A DNA stretch of 63,068 bases, counting the filler, from Hyphochytrium catenoides (taxonomy: Eukaryota > Protista > Hyphochytriomycota): NCBI GenBank assembly GCA_900088475.1. It is 10 parts of 10 records of this genome, joined end to end, with 100 filler letters (N's around TTAATTAATTAA, not from the genome) between each part and the next. Parts side by side here need not be neighbours in the genome. Positions count along the whole stretch, not along the records: positions 1 to 7,593 come from FLMG01003698.1; positions 7,694 to 10,632 come from FLMG01003732.1; positions 10,733 to 12,847 come from FLMG01003657.1; 7 more parts are not named here. The stretch is one strand, 5' to 3'. This document shows, one piece after another, positions 1 to 12,232 of the stretch. How positions within the stretch are numbered: position 1 is the first letter of the stretch; every line of letters starts with the position of its first letter. Position numbers and translations under genes: made by a program. The notes beneath the pieces were generated by a model, which worked only from the letters and a program-made list of their open reading frames with translations, was not told the origin of the DNA and did not search any database.

Positions 1-2443
1 GCCGGGAGAGCACTGGGACGAGGAGGTGCTGCGTGCAAAACAGTTCGAAGGCAGAGAGAGAGAAATCACGCGGAAAAATAAAACGAGCGCTGTTAAGATA
101 AAGAGGAGAAGGAAAACTATAGAACAGAGAGAGAGAGACCAGAAAGAGACCGACCGACAGCGAGAAACAGCAGAGCAAAAGAGTTGAGGAAGAAAGGCCA
201 GCGAATCGAAGAACGGATTTCAATTTAGGTCATCAGACGTAGGAGGGAGGTCGAGAGAAAGATAAAATAATGAAGAGAGAAGAAGAAGGGAAACATTGAC
301 ACGAAATTGGTGTCTTTGGAGCAAACGTACAGGCCACGGAAAGGGCTGAATAATTGTGGAGAGGGTCTCTATGGCAATGTGCAGCTTCATCGGATCTGCT
401 GAGACGAAGACCAGCTAAGGAGGCACGGTAGATGGGCGGAGGATTGAGTATTAATGTACGGTCAATGAACCACAAGAAAGAAAGAGTGAGAAGAGAAAGA
501 GAGAGCCAGAGACACAGAGCGTGTGAGAGAAAGGAAGAGAGTGAGAGAAAACCGAGAGATTGGGCAACAGAAAGAGGGAGATAAAACGAGTTCCAAAGAG
601 TAAGAGAGAGAGAGAGAGTAAGAGAGAGAGGGGAGTAAGAGACAGAGAGGGAGAGAGAGAGGGGGAGAGGAAGAAAGGAAGAGTCAGCCAAGGTCCTAAC
701 AGACGATGAGGGGGAACAACCCCTTCTCGACTAACGGACACAGAACATTCAGCGAAAGATTATTCCCATACCAACAAGGTTTTAGGATTGAGGAGAGGAA
801 GAAGAGAGAGAGACCACAAGCTAGAAAGGATTACGGTTGTAAGAAGCTATAAGAACGAGAGAGACCGAGAGACAAAAGCTGGATAATGGGCTTCAACAGC
901 AAGATTATAGCTATATGAAAAAGAAAGACCACATTCAAAGAGAAAGCCTGAGAGAGGGAGAGAGATACCAAGATACGGCGAGAGCGAGGTTGAGACAGAG
1001 CACCACGGAAACGGAAAGAGACACTCACCCTTCTTTCACAGAGCACTGCCGTCACAAGATTGAGAAGATGCCGCGGAGAAGTGAAAACTTAGAGAAATTC
1101 TTCTGCATCATGAACGGGCGGGCTAATCTCTCCTAAATGAGGAATTCTATAGGTGTAACTCTGAGGACTGGAGGCACAAGGTGAAGGAGCCTGAAAGGGA
1201 AGAGAGAGAGAAAAGAGAGAGAGAAAGTAAGCGCTAATGCCCTGGGACAGAGCCAGAACCTGTAGAGAGAGAGTGAGAGGCTGAGGAAAGATGAGAGCCA
1301 TTATGGGCAAAGGAGGAAAGGGATATGGAAGAGAAACCCCACATACCCGCAGAGTGACTGGAGTTCCAGCAGGTGACGTTGTTGGCAGAGCGCGGAATCC
1401 GGAGAGAAGGGAGACCAGCTCTTCTTCTCCTGCGCCGAGCCAACGCCGCGCCTGTATGTCCTGAGAGATTTTGGAGAAGAGCGCGAACATGGGCCTAAGA
1501 GAGCGGAGCGTTGGCCGAGAGTTAGCCGAGAGGAGAAAAAAGAGACCAGGTTGGGAGGCGCTTTGCTACTGGTTTTCTCTCGCATTCTTTTTCTCTCTCT
1601 GTCTCTTTCTCCTCCCTGGCGCTCTCTCTCCTTCCCCCCTCTCTCCTTCTCTCTGGCTTTACGTTTCTTCTCTTTCTCCCTCTCTCTCTCGTTCTGCCAC
1701 TTACATCTTGGTTATAAAGCACAGAACCTCTGGCGTCCGCCATCCCACGTTCAACCTCTTGCCTTCCCCTTCCGGCAAGACTCTTCTGCAGTAGCCGTAC
1801 ACTTTCTTCGACCGACCGTCGCTGATAACAAAGACATGTTCCGTGCTGAATGACATTGGGAGAGACAAAGAGAGAAAGACAAAGGAAGATGGGGAGAGAA
1901 CAAGAGGAGTCAGATGCATCCTGTCTTTGCTCCAACACGTTGTATGGCGGGAACACTGCCCTTTGCTCCGCTCCTCAGCTCTCTCTCCATCTCTCCGCCG
2001 TTGTCCCTCTCCCATTGTCTCTCTTCACCTGTCTCTCCCCCTCTTTCTCCCGCCGTCTTCTTCCTTTCACGGTTTCCCGTCTGGTCAATTTCTTTCTCTT
2101 CTTCTCTGCCGCTCATCTTGCTTTCTGTTATTATCGCTTCTCTCTCTCTCGCTCTCTCTCTGTCTGTCTCTGTCTCTCTCTCTCTTTCTTTGGCCCTTCA
2201 ATTGCTGCCTTCGCACCTTCTCATGGTCATCTTTTTCTCCATCATCGTCGCCGTCGGACAGCAGAGAGAGGCAACATCCTTCGGCATCATCGATGAACCT
2301 TCTTCTGGCCACCGCCAGAGCACCGTCGGCTCCTGAGGACGCTGTGAGGACTCAGGCGAGGCCTTGAGACCCACGATTAGGAAAGACTCGAACATTTTGG
2401 GAGCTTCTCCTGCTGCTCCTGCTCCTGACAGTGGTGCCGACAT
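1..2443 (-). CDS. DENN-domain protein (DENND2/ST5-like Rab GEF), 3'-partial; exons 2443-2217, 1845-1705, 1494-1347, 1190-1029, 414-331, 28-1
   Basis: Phase-consistent GT-AG splicing gives MFESFLIVGL..PTVLWRWP..KDVASLCCP | TEHVFVISDGRSKKVYGYCRRVLPEG..PEVLCFITK | PMFALFSKI..RALPTTSPAGTPVTLR | ..SPRHLLNLVTAVLCERR | LVFVSADPMKLHIAIETLSTIIQPFPWP | HLLVPVLS. These match uDENN/DENN motifs (FGYCRR, LLERRxxFVS, PFxWxHxxIPVL). One in-frame TAA at 1091-1089. Confidence 0.88.
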
Positions 2444-3594
2444 CTCTCTTTCTCTCTCTCTCCCTTCCATTTCTCTCTCTTTGCTCTTCTCTCTCTTTGC
2501 TCTTTCTCTTGCTTACTCAGTCACTCGGTCTCCCTATGAAGCTCCTCCTGTCTCTCCAGACTGCTCTCTCCTCTTGAGCTCTATGACTGGCACTCTTGGT
2601 CTCTTGGCCCTTCTCCCTTGTCGATCTTAGCTGTCTCTTCGCCCTCGACTCTCTTCTCTCTCCTGGTCGGTCTTCTCTTATATATATCGATCGATAGAGA
2701 GAGAGAGAGAAAGAGCAAAAAAGAGAGAGAGAGAGAGAGGTGTGCAGAAGAGAAAATTGCTGATGAGACAGACAGAGTGAGCACTTCAGATACGGCTGAG
2801 GATCCAAGAGACAAGTGCCAGACAGACATCGAACGAGATGAAGATGATAAAGAGAAAGAGAGACGGACGGACCTGCAAGCCGCATAAGTGGCAACAGAGG
2901 AAGAGAATAGAGGTGAGAGGAAGAGCAAAAGCGGAGAAGAGAACGAAAGAGTTGAGAAAGAACTGGCTAATAAGCATCTCTAAAGGAAAAGAGCGAGAGC
3001 AAGAGAGAGATAAGAGAAAGATAAGAGAGAGGGGAAAGTAGAGAGAGGGAGGAAAGACAAGAAAGAGAGAGAAAGGAAGAAAGAGAGAGATTGAAAAAGA
3101 TAGAGAGCTTGAGAAAGAGCGAGAGTGAGACAGAAAGCAAATGAGAAAAAGGATACAGNNNNNNNNNNNNNNNNNNNNNNNNNNNNNNNNNNNNNNNNNN
3201 NNNNNNNNNNNNNNNNNNNNNNNNNNNNNNNNNNNNNNNNNNNNNNNNNNNNNNNNNNNNNNNNNNNNNNNNNNNNNNNNNNNTTCTGCCTCTTCGCTTA
3301 GAGCTACAGCTACAAGGCAATACCTCACATCCCAAAACAGCACAAGGGACTTGTCCCTAGAATGCTGTCTAATGACGCAACACAACAAGGCTCCCGCCGG
3401 GAATTGTAGCGGCCAAGCACTGCCATACAGCGCCATGAGATTGAGTCTCCCGTGATAGTTTGGGATAATTATCTTCACCCAGCCTTCCCCTTGGACCCTG
3501 TTGCCCTTCTGTTCTTTGTTTTCGTCTTGTCCTCGTTATAGTTTCTAGTTCTACAGGTACTGTCTCTGTCTTTTTGCTCTCGTATGCTCTCTTT

Positions 3595-3650
<56 letters not shown>

Positions 3651-3953
3651 CACTCTGTCTCAACTCCCCTCGCTTCTCACCACTCTCTCTTCACCTCACC
3701 ACTCCTCCGTCTTCTCTTTGTCAATGGGTTCTTCTGTCTTCCTATCTCCTGCGCTCTCCCTTACTCTCCCATTCTCTCCTTTCTCGCTGCTCTTTCACTG
3801 AGAAGCTCCTCTCTTCTCTCCTCGCGAGGTTTGAGCTTGCTAGTGTGCTTCATCTCTCTTTGCCTGCTTGCCTCCATAAGTCCTTAGGCGCTGAGGTTAG
3901 TCATCCTCGTCTCTTTGCCTGTAGGAAACAGTATCTTTAAGAGAGAAGAGACA

Positions 3954-4596
3954 ATGGAAGTCAGGCAGCGGCAGCCTGCTCCTGTCTCTCTCTCCCCAGA
4001 GTCGCAGGCAAATGCAGACGAAGCACAGCGCGCAATAGAGCTAGGCATGCAGCACTTCCAAGGCAAGGTAGGGAAGAGAGCCGTAGACCCGAAGAGGAAC
4101 AGAAAGAAAGAGAGGAAGAGAGAAGATAGGCCGAGTAAACGGGGCTTTTCGGGAAAAGTTGAGTAAAGAAGAGAGAGAGAGAGACAGAGGATCGAGAGAG
4201 AGAGAGAGAGGGCGGAGGGAGAGAGAGGGGAGGGAGAAAGGAAGAAAAGGTGAAAAGGAAGGTAGAAAGATAGAAAGGGAACCTTGTGGAGCCAGAGGTG
4301 AGAGAGAGGGAGAGAGAGAGAGCGAGAGAGAAAGAGAGAGAGAGAGAGCGAGAGAGGGCGGAGGGAGAGAGAGGGGGAGGAAGAAAGAGAAAGGGAAAGA
4401 GAGAGAGAGAATAAAGAAAGAATGAACGCATGGCTACAGATCAGGAGTCAGAAGTTCACAGCGGGTCTTAGGGACAACTCTTGTTGTTTGCAGAACTACC
4501 AGAAGGCGGTCAAGTTCTTCACCATCGCTCAACGCCTTCACCCCACGCAGGAGACCCACGAACGTCGTAAGGACCATCTCTTTCTCTCTCTCTCTT

Positions 4597-4638
<42 letters not shown>

Positions 4639-6187
4639 CTGGCGCCCTCCTTGCGTAAGCCCTAACGCCCTATCCTCCTTACTATCCCTCTTTCCGCCAC
4701 TCCCTCTTTCTTCACTTTTATAACTCCCACACGCAGTAGACCCAAGTGTTTTCATACGGCTTCCCATGTTCTTTCTCACTTCTCTTTCGTTTTTTCTCTT
4801 TTTGGTTTTGCTCTCTCTCTCTCTCTTATTTCCTCTCTCATTTCTCTCCCGGTGACATTCAGTGAAGAAGGCTGTAGAAGCCCTGGGGCCAAGCTATAGA
4901 GATCAGCGGTAAGAGGGCTGTAGGGGGCAAGAGAAAGAGGAGAGAGAACAATCAAGAAGGAAAAGGAACTCGGAACAAAAAGAGAGGAAGCATAGAGAGG
5001 ATCACACTGAGTGTGATGAAAAGAACTCTAAAGAGATGGAGAGAGAGACAGAGAGATACGAAAGAGAGAAGCAAGAGCCAAAGGAACATGAGCAACAGTG
5101 GAGAAAGGGCGAAAGAGATGAGTAGGAGGAAAGAGGAAAGAAGAAAATGGCCTTGCAACCAGCTCTCCTTCCTCTTCTTCCTTCTCCAACAGAGCGTCTG
5201 CTGGTCCCTCCGCCGCGCCAGCGCCTACAGCATCACAAGGTGAACACCTACCTCTCTCCTCCTATTCTGTTTCTCTTGCCTACCTGTCCGCCAGATTCTC
5301 TCCTTGAGATCTACTCTTTATCTGTCTGCTTGTATCTCTTCATTTACGAGCTTTTCTCGCGCTCTCTCCTTCTCCATAACTTCTCTCTCCCTGCATCTTC
5401 TCTCTTTGTTGCCGTTTTTGCTCAATAGCAGACCCTTCTGTTTTCGAGTGTGTTCCCGAGTCATGCCTGGGCCTGTCCTCATTCTTCTTTTGTCCGTGGT
5501 GTTCGTGCTTCCTGCAGATGCCTTTGCGAGGAGTGAAAGACGACCTCAGTCACCTTCGTCGTCCTCTGGAAGTGGAGAGACAGACAACAGGAGAGAGAGA
5601 GAAAGGGGAAGAGGCTTCTACATCGAACCCTGGGCTCGCAAGCCTCTTCTATTCATCTCCGTCATTATCATCGCACTGGGGATCTGGAGGTTCTATCTTA
5701 AAGGCAAGCCATTCACACTGGGGGCGCTACCAGGTACCTGTTCCTCGTCATGTCTCTCAGCTGCTCTCCCATGGCCAGAACAAAGTTCTCTTTCCTTAGA
5801 TAGAGGTTTCTATAGAGGTTCTCTTTCCTCTCTCCATTAACCGACATGCTTGTCTGGCTGACTGGGCTCCACATGGACTTCTCTCTCTCTCTCTCTCTTT
5901 CTACATGTGTGTCTCTACAGCTCTCTTTCCATCTTTCTTCCTCCTTGCCATCTGTCTTGTCTAGTTATCCTTTGGGTCTATATCTGGTCGTCATCCCTTC
6001 CTTGTAGCTCTGACTCTTATCTGGTGACTGCACCTAACGCTGTGAGTGGCCTGTCACTCTAGGAGACATCAACTATCAGAGTTCCAACTTCATCGTCTCC
6101 TTTCCCTGGGTCTCCTGCATGTTCTTCTCCCTGGTAGCCAACCTCATACTGAGAATCTTCAACCAACCATCCCAACAGTCTGCTTAA
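3954..6187 (+). CDS. 206-aa protein: N-terminal TPR-like helix pair (resembling the DNAJB12/14 N-terminus) plus C-terminal DUF2905-like two-TM domain; exons 3954-4067, 4494-4566, 4863-4908, 5193-5239, 5518-5733, 6063-6187
   Basis: Six phase-consistent GT-AG exons from ATG to TAA (621 nt). N-terminus ANADEAQRAIELG..NYQKAVKFFTIAQRLHPT. C-terminus has a TM segment followed by LGALPGDINYQSSNFIVSFPWVSCMFFSLVANLILRIF, matching the remembered DUF2905 pattern LGRLPGDI..NF.FYFP..S...SL.L. Confidence 0.8.
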
Positions 6188-6377
6188 GGGAGACAGCGAG
6201 GCACAACGATTGACAGGGAAGAGGGAGAATCAACGATTGCTCGGGGAACACACAAGTTTATAGAAAGGAGAGACAACAGGGAGCGAAAGCAAGGCGCGAC
6301 CCTCTTTAGAGATGAGGGAGAAGCCCCACGGGCTTTTATTAATATTTCCAATATTTATTCCATTTTTAGTGGCTGCT

Positions 6378-7372
6378 CTAGTGCATCAAACCTGCTTGCT
6401 TATAAAGTAGAAATAGCCTTCGCTCAGACTTGGGAAGGCGAAAAGAGAACTGAAAGATAGAGAAAAAAAAGAGAGAGCGACCCACAGAGGGAAAGGAGGG
6501 CAGAGAGAAAGAAGCAGCAGCCGACAGACAGAGAGAGGGGAGAGAAATGCACGAGACTAGATACAGCGAGTGGATGGATAGAGTGGGTCTGATGTCAAGG
6601 TGACTCGACAGAGAGCTCTATGACTCTCCTTTCTTGGCTCTAGGCTAGACATTGTGACCGAAGAGATGAGTGCCACATCAGCAGAGAAAAGAGGATGAAG
6701 ATCAAGGCATTTCTTCTGTCTGCGTACATCCATCTTATAAGCGAGCCGGGACGATGCAGGTCTGACACCTGCTCACAGAATACTGGGTCCTCCTCCCAGA
6801 TCTTATCTTCAGACAAGGTCCGGGATGACATCGGCTAGAACACGTGCAAAACAAGAGAGAAAGAGTTAGGTAAGGTAGACCAACCAGAGAACGCATCTAC
6901 GGCCAAAGTGGTCAATCTCGTATTCACCCAGGAATAAGACCGAAAAGCTCATTATGACCAACGGAGAGAGAGAGAGGACATCGTATCGGCAGTAAAATGA
7001 ACCCTTGCTAGAGCAGCAAAGGGTCTCAAAAGGACCAAAGGCTAGGAAAAGCCAGTGGAAAGTCAAACGCCAAAGATGTGTTAGGAGAGGCGGAGCCCTA
7101 GGCTAAGATAGATTGGATTGGATTGGAAGGACAGGATAGTGACAGCAACGGAGAGGTTGACAGAAGATTGAGATAGAATAACGGAGAGAGGCAGCGAGAG
7201 ATTGACAGAGAGAAAGAGAGGTAGGTACAGCCGGTACCTTGGTGTCTCCTGATATCCCAGTTGCATGCTTGAGGGCGGTGACCCATTCCTGGCCCAGCTC
7301 GTGGTCCGCAGTCTTCAGCTTCACAACCTCACGGGTCATCGGGTTCTCGACGATAATAACAAACCACTCCAC
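6378..7372 (-). CDS. C-terminal exons of a probable PH-domain protein (5'-partial); exons 7372-7238, 6834-6769, 6449-6378
   Basis: Phase-0 exons read VEWFVIIVENPMTREVVKLKTADHELGQEWVTALKHA (PH last strands plus helix, LKxxxxxxxxEWVxAL), then PMSSRTLSEDKIWEEDPVFCEQ and FSFRLPKSERRLFLLYKQAGLMH*. Confidence 0.55.
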
Positions 7373-7593
7373 CTACGGCGCGGGACAAGAGTGATGATGC
7401 AGGACAGGGTGGAAGAGCAACAAGAGGGAAAGAGAGAGATCATAAGAGTTGTGAAATAAGAGCAAGTCAATGGTCAGACTTCGTTTACTCGCTGGAAAGA
7501 GATGAAATGATGTTCTGGCCGGCACAACCTTTTTGCCGTCTTTTTGTCTCCTTCTCTTATGGCCCGTCTGTCGATCGTTTACCCTATTCTCAC

Positions 7594-7693
7594 NNNNNNN
7601 NNNNNNNNNNNNNNNNNNNNNNNNNNNNNNNNNNNNNTTAATTAATTAANNNNNNNNNNNNNNNNNNNNNNNNNNNNNNNNNNNNNNNNNNNN
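7594..7693. other. Artificial scaffold-joining spacer N44-TTAATTAATTAA-N44 (also at 10633-10732, 12848-12947, 14820-14919, 23981-24080, 27022-27121, 34075-34174, 60689-60788, 61886-61985)
   Basis: Nine identical 100-bp blocks; the 12-mer places stop codons in all six frames; genes are truncated at these points. Confidence 0.98.
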
Positions 7694-8460
7694 GAGAGAG
7701 AGAGAGAGAGAGAGACCCTACTTTGTGGTGCCACAACTCTGCCTTCCTCTTTCCACCTCCTCTCTACGGGCAGGAGACACATCAATTATCTGAGACGGGG
7801 CACCATGAGCATTCATGTCAAATTCGCAATATATTGGCTTGCTATTCCGGACAAGAAGATTAGATGACAGGTAATACAGAGGCAGACCCATAACCCTTAC
7901 ATTAAGCGTTTCCCGTGGTGTAGTACGATCTAAGACGGAGCCCAATCATCTCATAGATTCGTAATAAGCATGTATCAACTCCACAAGGCGGTTAGGTAGC
8001 CTCAGGGTGGCCCCAGTTAGAAAACAAAAAGGGTCTACAGTTATTGAATGTTGCACTACTCACCTAGATCCTAGATACCAGTAGATATATACAGACCTGA
8101 GTTTAGTCGTACAGCCCACATTTTAGAACATTTAGGGCCCAGCTGAGACTCTTATCAGCCAATCAGCACCACTATTCCTACCGCGCTCTTAGGCTGACCT
8201 TGGGCCTCCAATCCCCGCCATTTATTATTGACTCCGCAAGCCAGCCTTCTAAAGGGGACAGGGGTATCTTAGCTCAGAGTGAAATACCATTGTTGACTAG
8301 TAACGGTCCACAAGAAAAGGTCTGAAAGATCCTCAAAACAGAATAAGCAAGGTCTAGCCGTTAGCGGGTCCATATTTCTCTTTTCTATCTCGTGCAAACG
8401 CTCGTTCTCTCTCTCGTTCTCTCTCTCGTTCTCTCTCTCTCGTTCTCTCTCTCCCCTCCC

Positions 8461-8492
<32 letters not shown>

Positions 8493-8553
8493 NNNNNNNN
8501 NNNNNNNNNNNNNNNNNNNNNNNNNNCTCTCTTTCTCTCTCTCTCTCTCGTCT

Positions 8554-8585
<32 letters not shown>

Positions 8586-9294
8586 CTGTGTCTCTCTCTC
8601 TCTCTCTCCCCCCTGAAGACCGAAGACTGGAGCCCCTGTCCCATCACGACGGTCCCGTCATGGTTGACATTGGTCATGCTTATTAGGTAGCAGCGGCACT
8701 GACGAGCGGCTGCTGTCCTTCTGTCTGTCATCTTCTCTCCTCTGCGTTTAATCCTCCCTGTCCTTACCTCGTGCACTACTCGTAGCTGTTTCCCACCTGC
8801 AAGAGTTCATCACGGTTGCTGGGATGTGGTCCGCTCTTTATTATTAGTTCTTCCTCTCTCTCTCTCCTCCTTCTTCATCATGATGATCCAGCATCCATCT
8901 TCCTTTGTCGATGGCATCATCCAACCGCGATGACTATGTCATCTGACGCAGTTGTTGGCCACACGACGGCGGCATGGCGATCCTTCCTGCCTTCCTCTTT
9001 TTCCTCTTCTTCCTTGGTCCACTTCTTTCTTCTTTGTTACGAGTAATAGGAGCGCCTTCCTCTTCTTCATCCAACTGCTGCCGCCGCGAAGTGACGGTAG
9101 CTGAATAGTAGAGGGAACGAGGAATCGAGGTATTCTGCTGAAGGGGAAACGAAAGGGGCAAGAAGGGTGGTGAAGCTGTGGGAGGAAGAGTGGTTCATAA
9201 TAATCAGCCTTCTTTTTTCTTCAAATAACAACTTTCCATCCGACACTACCGCTGCCATTTTCTTGCAACAGTTCTATCTCAGCCAACCAAGCGC

Positions 9295-9723
9295 TTGGTG
9301 CCACCGCTGCTGCTTCTGCAGCGTCTGGTCAGCTCGTTCGCTGCTGAGACGAGAGGAGGACAGGTGGTTGGGCCATGGAAAGAACTGAGCTCACCAGGCA
9401 TGAGAGTTAATGTTCGCTACTGTCGTGAGAATAAGTCTGTCTCAGACCTAAGAGGTAGTCCGGACAGACGCTCGGTACTGGCTCTTGTCCTACAGCTGCT
9501 GACAGAGGTGGAGGCTGTTGCATTAAATTGCTATGACCAAGTAAGCCTACAAAGATTGTTGTCAATAGGAGTTTCCGAGATGCTGGCACCTGATGGCAAG
9601 TCTCGTCTACTAGTGAAACACATTAGGCACCTTCTCCTCAGACATGCCCAGCTACAGGATACGTGGGACGGCGTTTGTTCTGATCTAAGGGACACCGTGC
9701 TGAAGATAACAAACGCTATATAA
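9295..9723 (+). CDS. Hypothetical ORF (142 aa), possibly a repeat- or TE-derived fragment
   Basis: Microsatellite-free open frame with ordinary composition; no motif recognised. Confidence 0.2.
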   Translation: MVPPLLLLQRLVSSFAAETRGGQVVGPWKELSSPGMRVNVRYCRENKSVSDLRGSPDRRSVLALVLQLLTEVEAVALNCYDQVSLQRLLSIGVSEMLAPDGKSRLLVKHIRHLLLRHAQLQDTWDGVCSDLRDTVLKITNAI

Positions 9724-9894
9724 GTAAAGAGAACTTCCAGTTTACACAGAACAAAGCGAATGGATAGCGAATATGAAGACTACGATTACGCACTACCATA
9801 CAGGCTAGGTAGCGAAGACAACCATTCCAAGAGCACTGTCGGCAGGAAGAACGCCTGGGGTGCCAATTCCTCTGTAAATAGGTCATCAGTAGGG

Positions 9895-10590
9895 AACTGT
9901 CACACGACGCAGGCCACGACGAGGTCACAACGGTGTTAGGTCAGAGTAGGTCACACGACGGGTCGGCCACGAGTAGGTCACAACGCTGTTAAGTCACAGT
10001 AGGCTACGCGATAGGTTGGCCATGAGTAGGTCACAAGGCTGTTAGGTCACAGTAGGCCACAAGACTTGTAGGTCTCGAGTAGGTCAAAGGACAGGCAGGC
10101 CACGAGTAGGTTACACGACAGATAGGCCACGAGTATGCCCACACCACAGTTGAGCCACAGCGGCTGGTAAGCCAGTACCACAACGACCGGAAAGCCTCGT
10201 AGGTTCACACCACTCTTAGGCCGACCGATAGGCCTGCGGGTAGGTCACTCACCGTTTGGGTCACGAGTAGACAACAATATCCAGTAGCCTCGCGTAGGTC
10301 ACCCACCATTGAGGTCACGAGTAGGCAACAATACCAGTAGGCCTCGAGTAGACCCACACAACTCTTAGGCCACGAGTAGGTCACACCACTGATAAGCCCT
10401 AGGATCACAACACTTTTAACGATGAGGGCACACGACCGATAGGCCCATGGGTAGGTCACCCACCGTTTAGGTCATGAGTAGGCAACAATACCAATAGGGT
10501 AGGTCACACGATCGGCAGGCCACGAGCAAGTCCACACGACTGTTAGACCGCAAACAAGCAGGTCACACGACGAGGCCATGAGTATAAGGA
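9895..10590. repeat. Degenerate ~28-bp minisatellite (core AGGCCACGAGTAGGTCACAC)
   Basis: About two dozen diverged copies of aggccacgagtaggtcacacgac-like units, ending close to the scaffold end. Confidence 0.85.
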
Positions 10591-10732
10591 AAGGCCTCTT
10601 GGTTAGGCTTATCAGAGTGCCGCTACTACTAANNNNNNNNNNNNNNNNNNNNNNNNNNNNNNNNNNNNNNNNNNNNTTAATTAATTAANNNNNNNNNNNN
10701 NNNNNNNNNNNNNNNNNNNNNNNNNNNNNNNN

Positions 10733-11640
10733 GAGAGACAGAGAGAGAGACAGAGAGAGAGACAGAGAGAGAGAGACAGAGAGAGAGAGACAGAGAGAGA
10801 GAGAGACAGAAAGAGAGAGAGACAGAGAGAGAGAAATAGGATAAAGAGGGCAAAAGCGGTATCGAGTAAACTGCCTTGCACCTGTGCTCTCTACTCTCGG
10901 TAAAGCTCTCAAAGCTCCCGGTCAGCTTCTCCAAAGCCTAAGAGAAGAAGAGAGACCAGGTGAGAAATGAGAGAAGGAAAAGGAACACAATTGCGAGGAA
11001 GAGAGAAGAGATAAAGGGGGCCCAAGATAAAGAAGAAGGCAAGAGGACAGAAAGCTAGAATGAGAAGCAAGAAAGAAAGAGATTAAAGAGGAGAGAGAGA
11101 AAGATGGAGAGTAGATTAGGGAAAAAGGAGAAAGAGACAACGCAGAGAGGAGGAAAAGTGATGGAGACGTAACGAAGAGAGAGAAAGAGAGAGAAGGAAA
11201 GGATGAGGACGAAAAGGTAAAGAGAAGAAGACGACCCAAACCTGGTCAAAGCAGCTATCAATCTTCTCGGCTGGTACATCGCCATCCACCTGCAGGTCGG
11301 GAAAGTAGGAGGTGATGCTGGACAGAGAAGAAGGCCCGGTCAGCGGTCGAGGGAGAGGAGAGAAAGTACACAATAACAATGGGGAGGGAGAGAGAGAGAG
11401 GGAATGAAAGAGAGAGAAGGAAAGAGAAAGAGAGAGAGAGAGAGAATAGGAAGATGACGAGACGAAGTGCACTAGCGCGTCTCCTTGAGGGGCGTCTCCC
11501 TCCTCTCCTCTCACTACATCCGCTCACCCCCTCTGGCCGCTCTCTATGCCATCCCTCTNNNNNNNNNNNNNNNNNNNNNNNNNNNNNNNNNNNNNNNNNN
11601 NNNNNNNNNNNNNNNNNNNNNNNNNNNNNNNNNNNNNNNN

Positions 11641-11682
<42 letters not shown>

Positions 11683-12191
11683 AAAAGAGTAAGCGAGCGA
11701 GAGTGGAACGATAAGGCACAGACAATCGACAAAGCAAGGGGGAGAGACGAAGAGGGAGACACACAAACAGGGAAAGCGATAAGGGTTGAGGACAGCGGAA
11801 CAGGTATAGAAAGACAGAACGAGAGGATAGAGGACGGGAAAAGAGAGAGAGAGAGTACAGGCGACACACAAACTGATGAAGCAAAGGGATGAGTGCGAGA
11901 ACTAGAAAGCTGATAGGGAAGAGACGAGTGCAGAAAGCGCAGCGTGAGAGGAGGTACTGAAGAGAGAGACACCCAAAAAACAGAGAGAGAGAGCGGGAGG
12001 ACCAGCGAACATACAAAAGCAGAGAAAGAGAGACAAAGAAGAAAGAAGCATCAGGACCAGAAGTGTAGGAGTCTCAGTAGGTCTGGACTCTCTCTGGAGA
12101 CGAAGATGGTCCAGTACTGGACACACAGAGGCGACTTCAGAAGCTTCAGATAGTAAGCCGTCACCTCCTCCTTGTTCTCCACATCTATCGT

Positions 12192-12232
<41 letters not shown>

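Noticed and set aside
3954-4566. Annotation as a DnaJ (DNAJB12/14) orthologue
   Set aside because: Only the N-terminal helix pair is similar; the spliced product has no J-domain or HPD motif.
7638-7649. Recurrent TTAATTAATTAA as a biological motif (PacI-like site, piggyBac TTAA targets)
   Set aside because: Always centred in exactly 44+44 Ns, so it is an assembly linker. Gene neighbourhoods across these points are meaningless, and no cross-scaffold cluster was inferred.
9895-10590. CRISPR-like array
   Set aside because: The repeats are degenerate, the intervening bases are short and related to each other, there are no cas genes, and the context is eukaryotic.
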